Source: a bacterium
Lineage (GTDB): Bacteria; Zhuqueibacterota; Zhuqueibacteria; Residuimicrobiales; Krinioviventaceae
DNA: 64,000 bases
NCBI GenBank assembly: GCA_963675755.2
Contig: CAXXMD010000002.1
Location: forward strand, 256,001-320,000
Reading direction: 5' to 3'
The position numbers and the translations under genes were made by a program. Below are positions 10,451-20,226 of this stretch, piece after piece (the first letter of the stretch is position 1; every line of letters begins with the position of its first letter). The notes under the pieces are model-generated. The model saw only the letters and a program-made list of their open reading frames with translations. It had not been told where the DNA came from and did no database searches.

Positions 10451-11677
10451 TTAAAAGTAAACCCTTAATCTGGCAAGACCACCATTGCCCATATTTTGGG
10501 CATAACATCTGCCATTTTTACCGGTATAATAATTACCAAAAACTGTCAATTCAACATCCTGAAATACACTGTATACTATCATTGGAACAAGCGCTGCTGA
10601 ACCATCACTAATACTGTATATGGTCGATAATCCGGCGGTAATGAGGTCCGTTGCCGGGTATTGAACCAATCCTGAAAACTGGTCTTGTGATAGTGTCTTC
10701 ATTTCCGAGGAAAACATCCACATCCAATCATTCAAATCATAATTCTGCCAATCCGATTTTGCCATTGAATTGTGATAATATTCACCCATAACATACAAAC
10801 CTGATTCAAAAGTATAATCAATTCCTGCTAACCATTCCCAATGATCTTTGATGGATTGAATATTAATGTCAGATTTGCTTTCCATCATGTTATAGGCACC
10901 TTCTGCCCAGACACCCAAGCTCAACAATTCTCCAACCAAATCTCCACCAATCAAATCTCTTTTATAATCCACTGCTTGGAAGGAATAATAATCTGTAAAA
11001 GTCCAGTACCTGCTTAATCCCATAACAGAGACGTCAAAATGACCCAGTCTGCTTTTGAGTTTCAACATTTTAGCTGTATCTTTCCATTCTTCTCCCGCGG
11101 CAAGAATGGACACCAGACTAAATCTGTCACCCAATGGCATTTCAAGTTTAATGGCATTTTGACCGGGTTGTTCATAAGTGGGGTCGAGTATATCTTTATG
11201 ATTAAAAACATCTGTAGGGTTCCAGGTATAACCTGTGCCCATGGGTAACTGTTGTTTCCCAACGGTTAGATCGAATTTGTCAAAAGCCAATCTTACATAT
11301 GCATTGTCTAAAAAGATTTTATCTGCTCTGTCAACATACATGGGCCCTATATTGGATACCATATCTCCAAAGTTGAAAACAAAATATGGCTTAATCATAG
11401 ACGGTACCTGAGCCGTTATGTTTGTGGGGAGGTAATCCAGCATGTTCCACTCGGTTTTACCATGATATGTGATATAATCAAAATTAGCACCAAAAGAGAC
11501 CCTGTCTGACAGATCCTTGGCAATATCTAACCGAAGTTTGTTCGAACTAACATTATAATAATTATCTTTAAAATTCAGTACAGTATATTGGGGTTCAAAA
11601 TAACCATATATGTCCAGTTCTTGAGCAGAAAGGAGGGATGCGAGCAATAACAGTATTGTGAATACTTGTTTTGTCAT
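10451..11677 (-). CDS. Probable outer-membrane beta-barrel protein (DUF1302-like)
   Basis: Signal peptide, alternating aromatic strands, GKQQLPMG..WNPTD motif, C-terminal RVYF. Confidence 0.72.
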   Translation of the reverse strand: MTKQVFTILLLLASLLSAQELDIYGYFEPQYTVLNFKDNYYNVSSNKLRLDIAKDLSDRVSFGANFDYITYHGKTEWNMLDYLPTNITAQVPSMIKPYFVFNFGDMVSNIGPMYVDRADKIFLDNAYVRLAFDKFDLTVGKQQLPMGTGYTWNPTDVFNHKDILDPTYEQPGQNAIKLEMPLGDRFSLVSILAAGEEWKDTAKMLKLKSRLGHFDVSVMGLSRYWTFTDYYSFQAVDYKRDLIGGDLVGELLSLGVWAEGAYNMMESKSDINIQSIKDHWEWLAGIDYTFESGLYVMGEYYHNSMAKSDWQNYDLNDWMWMFSSEMKTLSQDQFSGLVQYPATDLITAGLSTIYSISDGSAALVPMIVYSVFQDVELTVFGNYYTGKNGRCYAQNMGNGGLARLRVYF

Positions 11678-12432
11678 TTTTTTAACTCTCTTTCGGTAAA
11701 CATGTCATCATCCAAGTCGATATTATATTGAATGTCTTTGATTTTCATTATGGTATTGGTATTGTCATTTCGGTTTACCATTTCCATAAAGGTACCTGTG
11801 GGAATGCTATCAATAACTTTAATTTCTTTTTGGTACAAAGATTTTTCAACCCGGTCAGGATCATCTTTATAATAATCTATTACAACCGGTACAAAATTTT
11901 CTTTGACTACCCACATGACCATTTTTACATAAGCCGAACTTGCATCCGGTTTTCGGTTTAATTCTAATTTATAGCAATTGTAACCTTCTTTTTCCTCACT
12001 ACCTGTTATGGTAGTTGTAAAGTCCGTTAAAAAAGCGTTTGATGCGCCCATATCTTCATAAGAAAAATCGCTGCCTTCCATTTTTTGTTTTTTTGCATGT
12101 GTTGCCAATTTCCTAACTCTCTTTGTCCGTACAAAATAGGACCATATATCATCCGCATTATTGAGCATTAAAATCTTTTGTCCCTTTACCCGCTGGGGGG
12201 ATTCATAGATCATTAGATTTTTTTCGCCCTTGTCTTTTGAATAGGTAAGGTATTCAAAAGTACGCTTATCTCCGCTCGAAGTGGTTATAGTCATTTCCAT
12301 TGTTGCTTTACTTGATGGTTGGTTCATTAAATCATTAACTTTTTTTATTATTTCATCTGCTGTAGGTTCTGCTGCAAACGATGGTATGGCTATGAAAAAT
12401 CCTAAAAATAAGGGGATTATTTTCAACTTCAT
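11674..12432 (-). CDS. Outer-membrane lipoprotein-sorting (LolA-like) protein
   Basis: Signal peptide, P.RVKG..IL, WSY..RVRKL, GSDFSYEDM, C-terminal FTEREL. Confidence 0.85.
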   Translation of the reverse strand: MKLKIIPLFLGFFIAIPSFAAEPTADEIIKKVNDLMNQPSSKATMEMTITTSSGDKRTFEYLTYSKDKGEKNLMIYESPQRVKGQKILMLNNADDIWSYFVRTKRVRKLATHAKKQKMEGSDFSYEDMGASNAFLTDFTTTITGSEEKEGYNCYKLELNRKPDASSAYVKMVMWVVKENFVPVVIDYYKDDPDRVEKSLYQKEIKVIDSIPTGTFMEMVNRNDNTNTIMKIKDIQYNIDLDDDMFTERELKK

Positions 12433-13025
12433 TTTTTTGCTCCTTTTTTAGGGTGAACGATCAAAAGTAAAATACCAATAAGCAGGGCCCCAAAACCAAA
12501 GACCCAGGTGAAAATTTCAAGCCCATATTTCAGAAAAATAGATACTGCTAAAATTCCACTTATGACCATGGTTTCACAGAAAAATAATAAAATTTTTCTC
12601 ACACTAAAAATAACCATAGAAAACATGGCGATACCTGTTGAAATTAACCAAAGACCCGGTATATAAATAGCTTGATCAATTTGTATAAATACAGTTGTAA
12701 AAATGATAGGGAACAAAAATATACTGAACGCTATGCCCCACATTTTCATTAGAAATGGATTAAAAGGTTCTATACCTCTGGATTTTGCCTCCCTGAACCA
12801 AAAAAATGTCTCCAGCGTTCCGCCAATGATAAATATTATAATCCATAAATTGAGAATGAATGAATATTGATTTGTTTTTATTAACCATTCTGTAATTAAC
12901 CCTCCGGCTAATCCCAAAAAGCCCCATTCAATCCATTGCCAGGGGGAGAAGAACATGCGGTCTGTCGCCTTGTCCATTAAATCACGAATATATTTAATCT
13001 GATCCAGTGCTTCTTCTTGTTTCAT
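12429..13025 (-). CDS. Integral membrane protein (about 6 TM), partner of HTH_34 regulator
   Basis: EEALDQIKYIR N-terminus followed by six hydrophobic helices. Confidence 0.7.
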   Translation of the reverse strand: MKQEEALDQIKYIRDLMDKATDRMFFSPWQWIEWGFLGLAGGLITEWLIKTNQYSFILNLWIIIFIIGGTLETFFWFREAKSRGIEPFNPFLMKMWGIAFSIFLFPIIFTTVFIQIDQAIYIPGLWLISTGIAMFSMVIFSVRKILLFFCETMVISGILAVSIFLKYGLEIFTWVFGFGALLIGILLLIVHPKKGAKK

Positions 13026-13037
13026 TGTCCCACCATT

Positions 13038-13343
13038 TTATTTGTTAATACCTTTAATGATTTGCTCCAGCATTTCAAGATAGTTCTCGAAAGCCTTTTT
13101 ACCTTTTTCGGTTATACTAAAAGTAGTACGGGGTTTATTTTCTACAAATTCTTTTGTAACCGTAATATACTCGTTTTGTTCAAGAACTTTCATATGAACA
13201 CTTGTGTTTCCACGTGTAAGGTTTAATTCATTCACAAGTTCGGTAAATGACACCTGTTCTTTGGCGATAAGAATTGTCATAATTCCCAGTCGCGCTCTTT
13301 CGTGAAAAATTTTGTCTAATTTGTTTGTTAGTTCTGTAACCAT
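13038..13343 (-). CDS. Winged-helix transcriptional regulator (HTH_34)
   Basis: IFHERARLGIM, F.EL, LTRGN.SVHMKVLE, KPRT, GKKAF..YL; AAGGA RBS before ATG 13343. Confidence 0.88.
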   Translation of the reverse strand: MVTELTNKLDKIFHERARLGIMTILIAKEQVSFTELVNELNLTRGNTSVHMKVLEQNEYITVTKEFVENKPRTTFSITEKGKKAFENYLEMLEQIIKGINK

Positions 13344-13372
13344 ATATCTTTTTTCCTTGGTGAGTACAAACT

Positions 13373-13389
13373 TGTTTGTATCACAAACA
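13373..13389. promoter_or_regulatory. Palindromic operator, probably autoregulatory
   Basis: TGTTTGT-ATC-ACAAACA between the promoter and the regulator start; a partial second copy at 13359-13372. Confidence 0.6.
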
Positions 13390-13393
13390 TGTC

Positions 13394-13420
13394 TACGTAA
13401 AGATATGAATAATTGTTTCA
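13394..13420 (-). promoter_or_regulatory. ECF (SigW-like) promoter TGAAAC-N17-CGTA for the HTH-MMPL operon
   Basis: Minus strand reads TGAAAC AATTATTCATATCTTTA CGTA. Confidence 0.6.
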
Positions 13421-13507
13421 TAATCAAGAAATATTTTTTTATTTTATAAATGAAATAATAAAATTTGAGTACTGTTATATTATTCTCACATGAACAGGAG
13501 TATTGTT

Positions 13508-13729
13508 ATGTCTGATGATTCTCACAATGCGGGTGTTTCAACATCCCAAATAAAATTTTGTGATTTGCGCTGCGAACATGCGGAATTTCCCAAACTTCAC
13601 GGTGTTGATGGTTCAAACAGTTGCAGAACTTTTGCAGCATTGTACTGTAAAGAGCTGGATCAATTGGTAACAAAAAACGCACCCTGTGCTGTTATTTTTG
13701 GTCAGCGTCGTCCAAAATCAAATGTTTAA
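13508..13729 (+). CDS. Small Cys-rich hypothetical protein
   Basis: CAGGAG RBS; CDLRC..SCRTF..YC..APC (5 Cys in 73 aa). Confidence 0.7.
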   Translation: MSDDSHNAGVSTSQIKFCDLRCEHAEFPKLHGVDGSNSCRTFAALYCKELDQLVTKNAPCAVIFGQRRPKSNV

Positions 13730-13744
13730 ATAGGGAACAGGGGC

Positions 13745-14623
13745 TTGAAGAAAATCTTGATTACCGGTGCCAGCGGATTCCTTGGCGGACATGTCTATAA
13801 ACTTGCAATGGACCGATTTGAAACATATGCCGGTTTCCATGATCATACAATCAATGAAAAAGGAGAGTGGGTACAGCTTGACTTGGCTGATACTGAAAAA
13901 CTGTCTCAAGTAATTCACAAGATTAAACCCGATGTGGTTGTACATTCAGCCGCTATCAGCAATCTGGATTTATGTGAAAAGGATCCGGATTTTGCTTACA
14001 AGATCAATACCACCGGTACATTGCATTTGGCCCGGCTTGCTAAAGAAATGAATTTCAGATTAATCTTTATATCTACGGATATGGTCTTTAATGGCCAAGC
14101 TGGAATGTACAAGGTTTCTGATCCTGTTTCTCCCATTGCGGTTTATGGGCAATCCAAAGTTACCGCAGAAAATGGAATTCTTGATGAAAAGATTAATGCG
14201 GTTATCATACGATCTGCATTGATCTATGGGCGTCCTGCAACCGGTGGTAGTTCTTTTTCCATGTGGATAGAAAACCAGCTGTTTGAAAATAAACCGGTTT
14301 CTTTGTATCATGATCAGTTCAGAACTCCAATATTGGTGAACAACCTTACAAGTTTGATCATTGAAATTGCCGAATCAAATATAACCGGAATCATACATGG
14401 CGGGGGAAGTGAACGCATTGATAGATATCATTTTGGATTAAAAATGTGCGAGCTGGGCGGTTTTGATTCATCATTATTATCAGCAATCTCCATGCATGAA
14501 CATAACCCACCTGCGCCCAGACCCCAGGACGTATCTTTGGATATTGCAAAAACAATACAGCAATGTAAAACACCTATTCTGAATGTTGATGCAGGATTGT
14601 CTGAAATGTTTAAAGCGAATTAA
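13745..14623 (+). CDS. dTDP-4-dehydrorhamnose reductase-like SDR (RmlD family)
   Basis: ITGASGFLG, ISTDMVF, YGQSK, DQFRTP, RPQDVSLD. Confidence 0.85.
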   Translation: MKKILITGASGFLGGHVYKLAMDRFETYAGFHDHTINEKGEWVQLDLADTEKLSQVIHKIKPDVVVHSAAISNLDLCEKDPDFAYKINTTGTLHLARLAKEMNFRLIFISTDMVFNGQAGMYKVSDPVSPIAVYGQSKVTAENGILDEKINAVIIRSALIYGRPATGGSSFSMWIENQLFENKPVSLYHDQFRTPILVNNLTSLIIEIAESNITGIIHGGGSERIDRYHFGLKMCELGGFDSSLLSAISMHEHNPPAPRPQDVSLDIAKTIQQCKTPILNVDAGLSEMFKAN

Positions 14624-14693
14624 TTCATTGGGAATATACCCAATATGAGATTAGTTACACTAGTCGCGATTGTAGTTTAGAAAGGATAAAAGG

Positions 14694-15233
14694 ATGAACC
14701 AGATAGATTTTAAAGAAAGTATGGAGCTCTGGAGAACCCCGGAAAGGGTTGTTCTGGTTACCAGTATAGATAAGCAAAATGTTCCTCATGTTATCACAGT
14801 TAGTTGGTTTAGTCGGGTTTCTTTTGATCCCCCCATGTTTGCTATTGCTATTGGAAACAACCGATCCATGTACAACCTGATTAATGATTCAAAAGAACTG
14901 GTAATTGCTATTCCCGGTCCTGAACTCGCTGATGCTGTTTTAGGCTGTGGTAAAAGTGGTCAGGAGCTGGAAGATCGATTTGAAAAATATGGAATTGAAA
15001 CCAAAGTCGGTAAAGTTGTTAAGAGCCCATTATTATCAAACTGTTTGGTTAATTACGAGTGCCTGGTTAAAGAACAAGTTGTTGCAGGGGACCATACTGT
15101 TTTTATTGCAAAAGTAAAACAAAGTTGGGCATCTGATGAACCAGTACAAAACCTGATACTGGTAGGCGATGAGAAAGGGTATGACATACTTGCAGAAAGC
15201 GGCCCTTATAAAGTTGGCACCATAAAAAAATAG
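14694..15233 (+). CDS. Flavin reductase family protein
   Basis: VVLVTS, VSFDPPM, ECLV..GDHTVFI. Confidence 0.85.
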   Translation: MNQIDFKESMELWRTPERVVLVTSIDKQNVPHVITVSWFSRVSFDPPMFAIAIGNNRSMYNLINDSKELVIAIPGPELADAVLGCGKSGQELEDRFEKYGIETKVGKVVKSPLLSNCLVNYECLVKEQVVAGDHTVFIAKVKQSWASDEPVQNLILVGDEKGYDILAESGPYKVGTIKK

Positions 15234-15242
15234 ATTTTACTC

Positions 15243-15273
15243 AAACCGCTGTGATCCTCAGCGGTTTTTTTTT
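15243..15273 (+). terminator. Intrinsic terminator
   Basis: AAACCGCTG/CAGCGGTTT stem plus T-run. Confidence 0.85.
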
Positions 15274-15331
15274 ATTATGATTATCCCTCAAATTTACTTA
15301 ATTTCTCTTTCATACAAGATCGGATTGTTTA

Positions 15332-16219
15332 ATGAATAAAGGCGTTATATACGCGGCACTTGCATATTTATTATGGGGTGTTTTTCCCGTTTTTTGGAAA
15401 GCAGTACAACATGTTCCCGCTTATGAAAGTCTGGGGCATCGTATGTTTTGGACTTTTCTTATAGCCGCATTGCTATTAATCATACGTAGAGACAAGTTCT
15501 TTTTTATAGAAATCAGACAACCTAAAACTATACTCGCTTTCATAGGTTCAAGTTTTCTTATTGTTTTAAACTGGTTTACTTTTATCTGGTCTGTTAATAA
15601 TAACTATATTCTTGAAGTCAGTTTGGGGTATTTCATAAATCCATTGGTACATGTATTGTTTGGAATTATTTTTTTAAAAGAACGTTTACGCAAAATGCAG
15701 TTGGTTGGTATTCTGATAGCTGCTTTGGGTGTATTTTATTTAACTTTTAATTATGGACGATTCCCCTGGATTGCTATGATATTGGCAATATCATTTGCAT
15801 TTTATGCTCTGTTGCGTAAAACCGCCAGACTTGATTCGCTTGAAGCTTTGACGTTTGAGACAGGTATTGCTTTTATACCTGCTTTGATTTATTTGATTTG
15901 GTTTGAAACTGCCCACCAGGGTTCTTTTTTTCATACCGATTATATTACTCCCGTACTCTTGATGGCTACCGGAATTATTACGGCATTACCACTGCTGTTA
16001 TTTGGAGCAGGTGCACGAAAAATTAAACTGGTGACATTGGGAATTCTTCAGTATATTGCACCTACATTACAATTCCTGCTGGGATTGTTCATTTATCATG
16101 AACATTTTCCCAGGGAGCGGTTTGTCGGTTTTGTGATTATCTGGATTGCTGTAGCAATATATACATTTGATAGTATATATACATTTAATATTAACCGACA
16201 GCGGATTGCCAGGGCATGA
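15332..16219 (+). CDS. rarD: EamA/DMT family transporter RarD
   Basis: AYLLWG, HRMFW, SLGYFINPL, YALLRK, QYIAPTLQF. Confidence 0.92.
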   Translation: MNKGVIYAALAYLLWGVFPVFWKAVQHVPAYESLGHRMFWTFLIAALLLIIRRDKFFFIEIRQPKTILAFIGSSFLIVLNWFTFIWSVNNNYILEVSLGYFINPLVHVLFGIIFLKERLRKMQLVGILIAALGVFYLTFNYGRFPWIAMILAISFAFYALLRKTARLDSLEALTFETGIAFIPALIYLIWFETAHQGSFFHTDYITPVLLMATGIITALPLLLFGAGARKIKLVTLGILQYIAPTLQFLLGLFIYHEHFPRERFVGFVIIWIAVAIYTFDSIYTFNINRQRIARA

Positions 16220-16347
16220 TAATTTTAACTGTTTAAGAAAAAAACTTGACTATCTGCAAAAAATTCTTAATTTCAATATTGCTAACCTGCCATAGCTATT
16301 TTTTAGTCTCACTTTAAGAGATTGATTTATAATCTCTTCATCAATAA

Positions 16348-16371
16348 AAAAGACCGGTCTTTTCCGGAAAA
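16348..16371. promoter_or_regulatory. Overlapping palindromes, putative operator upstream of MFS genes
   Basis: AAAAGACCGGTCTTTT (16348-16363) overlapping TTTTCCGGAAAA (16360-16371). Confidence 0.45.
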
Positions 16372-16426
16372 AATGAGGTTGGGTAATCCAAAATATATCA
16401 TATAACTTAACAAGGGAGTGTAATCC

Positions 16427-17584
16427 ATGAAGAAAATGACAGCTGTTGTTGCACTGATGGCAGTATTTACATTGGCAATGTGTTTTGTTGTGATCGGTGC
16501 GATTTCTGTGGAATTGATGGCAAAACTTGGAATTGGTCCTGCGGAAATTGGTAGTATGGCTTTTGCTTTATTCCTCACAGCAACAATTGTACAATTTATT
16601 ATTGGCCCATTGGTAGATAAATTAGGCCATAAACCTATTGCAATAATTGGATTTGTTGTAACCAGTGCAAGTATGTTTTTATTGGCTTTTGCTCCCAGTT
16701 TTGCATTGGCCATGTTGGCATCTATCTTTTTGGGTGTTGGTGCCATGTGCTTAAATACAGTTGGTAATACCCTGATCCCGGTTGTACTGTTTGATGGACA
16801 GGACCCTGCACGTGCCGGTAATTTTGGTAATGGATTCTTTGGTTTGGGTCTTGTTGTTGCTCCCTGGATGGTTTCAGCAGGTAGTGCTATGGGACTCGCT
16901 ACTAGTACTTCAATTATGATTTTAGGTCTTCTGGTTGTAGTCTTTTTACTTTTTGCATTGACTGCATCATATCCTCAGATCAGTACAGATTTTAAAATGT
17001 CTATGGCTCTAAAATTACTGTCAAAGGGAGCTGTTATAGTTGCTGCATTGGCACTATTCTGTTATGTTGCCCTTGAAAGTACTATGAATACATGGTTGAA
17101 ACCTTATTTAACTGAAGTTTTTAATGGTAATGCTGACACTGCTGGTTGGGTATTTGGCTTGTTTGGACTTTTCATGATGATTGGTCGTTTTATTGTTTCT
17201 GCTATTAAAAATCTTACTGCTATTGGTACAAAAATCATTGCCATTATGGCTGTTGTTTCCATCGGGACAATCCTGTTGATGATCTGGACCCCAAATCCTG
17301 CAACTGCAATTATTGCAGTGATTTTTACAGGTCTTGCATTTGCACCCATTTTCCCAACAGTTGTTGGTGTTACTTTTTCAAAGTTTGAACCACAATTCTA
17401 TGGTAGTATCTTTGGAATCATTTTTTCAATAGGTTTATTGGGGGGAACATTTGTACCCAAATTTGTTGGTGACTTGGCTGCTGGTAAAACGGTACAACAA
17501 AGCTTACCCATTGCTGTTGTAATGGCTGCTATTCTGGTCATTATTGCTTTGGTTATGTCCAAAGTTGGCAATAAAGCTGAATAA
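16427..17584 (+). CDS. MFS transporter (FucP/TsgA-like sugar permease)
   Basis: 12 hydrophobic segments, GPLVDKLGHK motif A, FCYVALE, APIFPT. Confidence 0.85.
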   Translation: MKKMTAVVALMAVFTLAMCFVVIGAISVELMAKLGIGPAEIGSMAFALFLTATIVQFIIGPLVDKLGHKPIAIIGFVVTSASMFLLAFAPSFALAMLASIFLGVGAMCLNTVGNTLIPVVLFDGQDPARAGNFGNGFFGLGLVVAPWMVSAGSAMGLATSTSIMILGLLVVVFLLFALTASYPQISTDFKMSMALKLLSKGAVIVAALALFCYVALESTMNTWLKPYLTEVFNGNADTAGWVFGLFGLFMMIGRFIVSAIKNLTAIGTKIIAIMAVVSIGTILLMIWTPNPATAIIAVIFTGLAFAPIFPTVVGVTFSKFEPQFYGSIFGIIFSIGLLGGTFVPKFVGDLAAGKTVQQSLPIAVVMAAILVIIALVMSKVGNKAE

Positions 17585-17603
17585 TTTATTTTTGTGTTTC
17601 AAG

Positions 17604-17635
17604 AGCGGCGGGTATTTGCCCTCCGCTTTTTTTTT
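17604..17635 (+). terminator. Intrinsic terminator
   Basis: AGCGGCGGG/CCCTCCGCT imperfect stem plus T-run. Confidence 0.7.
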
Positions 17636-17665
17636 ATCTGAATTTCAATAAATACGGAGATTGCT

Positions 17666-18889
17666 GTGAATAAAAAAGTCAGTCTTGGCATTATGATGTT
17701 TCTGGAATATGCCATCTGGGGTTCCTGGTACCCGGTATTGTCTGCATATATGCAAAATACTTTGGGTTTTAATGGTTCTCAGGTTGGTGTAATTTACAGT
17801 CTTTTGCCACTTGCTACAATTATTGCACCGTTTTTTTTCGGTCAGCTGGCTGATCGTTATTTTGCAACACAAAAGGTGATTGCTTTTGCTCAACTCATTG
17901 GTGGAGTTATATTATTATGGCTGGCCACTGTAGATTCTTATACTCCGATGGTTTGGGGCATGTTTATATATACTTTGCTCTATGCGCCTACAATGGCATT
18001 AACCAATTCAATTACTTTTACCCATTTGTCTGATTCCGAACGTGAATTTGGCTGGATACGGGTTGGAGGTACAATTGGATGGATAGCTGTTGGTTTTACC
18101 CTGACAGGTTGGAGAGTTTTGGCTGACAATGGAATCCTTCCCGGTACACCGGGAGATGCTTTGATTTTAGGTGGTATATTGTCACTCATTATGGGTGTCT
18201 TTTCTTTTTATTTACCCAATACACCTCCAAACAAGGAAGCAAAAAATCCCTGGGCATTTCTTGAAGCTTTTAAAATGTTCAAGAATTTCAATTTTGCAGT
18301 TTTTATGGGTATTGCATTTATTGTATCCACAGAATTAATGTTTTATTATGTTTTGACCGGCCCATTTTTAACATCTGAGAAAATTGGTGTAACCCAATCC
18401 GGGTTAGCTGGTGTTATGGCAATTGCACAGATTGCAGAAGTATTTGTTTTGGCGCTGTTACTGCCTTACTTTTTGCCCAAACATGGTATGCGTAAAACCT
18501 TGACCCTGGGTATTCTTGCGTGGCCTATTCGATACATCATTTTTGCAATTGGTTCACCCGCATGGCTGGTAATTGCATCTCTTGCATTGCATGGATTCTG
18601 TTTTGTTTTCTTTTTCGCGGCATCTCAGATCTATGTTGATACAGTTGCTCCACGTGATATCCGGGCTTCTGCACAGAGCATGTACTCGTTTATCACATAT
18701 GGAGTTGGTTTATATTTAGGTAGCCGTTTTTCCGGATGGATTCAGAATGTTTTTTCTGAATTAGGTCCGCAGGGTCAAATTATACAAACCAATTGGACCC
18801 ATGTGTTTATTGTACCTACAATCATGACCATTGTCTGTGCTGTATTGTTTTTGATTACATTTAGAGAAAAACCCAAGATGGCAGAATAA
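17666..18889 (+). CDS. MFS transporter, nucleoside:H+ symporter family (NupG/XapB-like)
   Basis: MMFLEYAIWGSW, ADRYF, IRVGGTIGWI, QIAE, LHGFC. Confidence 0.85.
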   Translation: MNKKVSLGIMMFLEYAIWGSWYPVLSAYMQNTLGFNGSQVGVIYSLLPLATIIAPFFFGQLADRYFATQKVIAFAQLIGGVILLWLATVDSYTPMVWGMFIYTLLYAPTMALTNSITFTHLSDSEREFGWIRVGGTIGWIAVGFTLTGWRVLADNGILPGTPGDALILGGILSLIMGVFSFYLPNTPPNKEAKNPWAFLEAFKMFKNFNFAVFMGIAFIVSTELMFYYVLTGPFLTSEKIGVTQSGLAGVMAIAQIAEVFVLALLLPYFLPKHGMRKTLTLGILAWPIRYIIFAIGSPAWLVIASLALHGFCFVFFFAASQIYVDTVAPRDIRASAQSMYSFITYGVGLYLGSRFSGWIQNVFSELGPQGQIIQTNWTHVFIVPTIMTIVCAVLFLITFREKPKMAE

Positions 18890-18892
18890 GAT

Positions 18893-18918
18893 AAGCCGGT
18901 GTTATCACCGGCTTTTTT
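18893..18918 (+). terminator. Intrinsic terminator
   Basis: AAGCCGGTG/CACCGGCTT stem plus T-run. Confidence 0.85.
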
Positions 18919-18987
18919 GTTTCATATTGTAATTTATTTTTGCAATATTCCATTTGATTTTAAACAACAAACTAAATGGAGTATTCA

Positions 18988-20184
18988 ATGTCATCGCCAT
19001 CTCTGGAATCTACTGATACAAAACAATTGCTGCTTAACCGGAATTTGCATATAATATTTGCAGTGACTTTGATGGCTGTACTGGGTGTTTCAAGCATCAC
19101 TCCGGCTTTTCCTCGCATTTCAGAAGCTTTAAATATTTCACCTCAATCTATTGGTTTATTGATTACAGTGTTTACTTTGCCAGGTATCTTTTTAACACCG
19201 GTTTTGGGTGTTTTCGCAGATCGATATGGTAGAAAGAGAATTCTTGTACCCTCTATGTTTCTTTTTGGCATTGCAGGTGGATTATGTGCCTTTACCCGCT
19301 CGTTTGAAACCTTATTGATTATGCGCTTCTTTCAAGGAATAGGTGCCGCATCTTTGGGGGCTATTAATCTTACGTTGATTGGTGATTTGTTTCCTGGTAA
19401 ACAACGTACCATAGCTATGGGATATAATTCAAGTGTGCTAAGTGTGGGGACAGCTTCGTATCCTGCTATTGGTGGCGCTGTTGCTGCCTTTGCATGGTAT
19501 TATCCATTTTTACTGGCTTTTATTGCAATACCCATTGGATTATGGGTTTTATTGGGATTAAAGAATCCCGAGCCCAAAAACAATCAATCTTTGGGGCAAT
19601 ATCTCAAATACGCTTTGAAAAGCATGAACAAGAAAAATGTATATGTTTATTTTACTGCCAACCTGGTTACGTTTATTATTTTGTATGGTATATTTTTAAC
19701 TTATATTCCCATCTTTTTGCATGAACACTTTCAGGCATCTACAGTTATTATTGGTCTGGTTATGTCTTCTACTTCGGTAGTAACAGCTTTTATGGCTTCT
19801 CAATTGGGGCGTCTTGTTCGTCGGTTTAGTGAGATCGAATTGTTAAGAGTATCCTATTTATTGTATAGCCTGGGTTTGATAATGATCCCTTTTATTCATA
19901 GTATTTATATGTTTATTATTCCTGTTGCCATATTTGGAATAGGTCATGGTTTAAATATCCCTGTTGTTCAATCGTTACTTGCAGGGGAGGCCCCACTCGA
20001 GCATCGTGCTGCATTTATGTCGCTTAACGGAATGGTGCTTCGCCTGGGTCAGACTTTGGGTCCCATTATTATGGCTGGAATATTTTTGTTATTGGGGTTG
20101 GATTGGATCTTTTTTGCCGGATGTATGCTGGCTGTTTTATTTGTGATTTTTCTTTTCACATTCATGAAAAAATCAAGGGATTAA
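18988..20184 (+). CDS. MFS transporter (DHA1-like)
   Basis: GVFADRYGRKR motif A, RFFQGIG motif B, 12 TM. Confidence 0.88.
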   Translation: MSSPSLESTDTKQLLLNRNLHIIFAVTLMAVLGVSSITPAFPRISEALNISPQSIGLLITVFTLPGIFLTPVLGVFADRYGRKRILVPSMFLFGIAGGLCAFTRSFETLLIMRFFQGIGAASLGAINLTLIGDLFPGKQRTIAMGYNSSVLSVGTASYPAIGGAVAAFAWYYPFLLAFIAIPIGLWVLLGLKNPEPKNNQSLGQYLKYALKSMNKKNVYVYFTANLVTFIILYGIFLTYIPIFLHEHFQASTVIIGLVMSSTSVVTAFMASQLGRLVRRFSEIELLRVSYLLYSLGLIMIPFIHSIYMFIIPVAIFGIGHGLNIPVVQSLLAGEAPLEHRAAFMSLNGMVLRLGQTLGPIIMAGIFLLLGLDWIFFAGCMLAVLFVIFLFTFMKKSRD

Positions 20185-20226
20185 TACATTTATTATCTCT
20201 GTTAAAATTTGAAAAATGAGGTGCTA

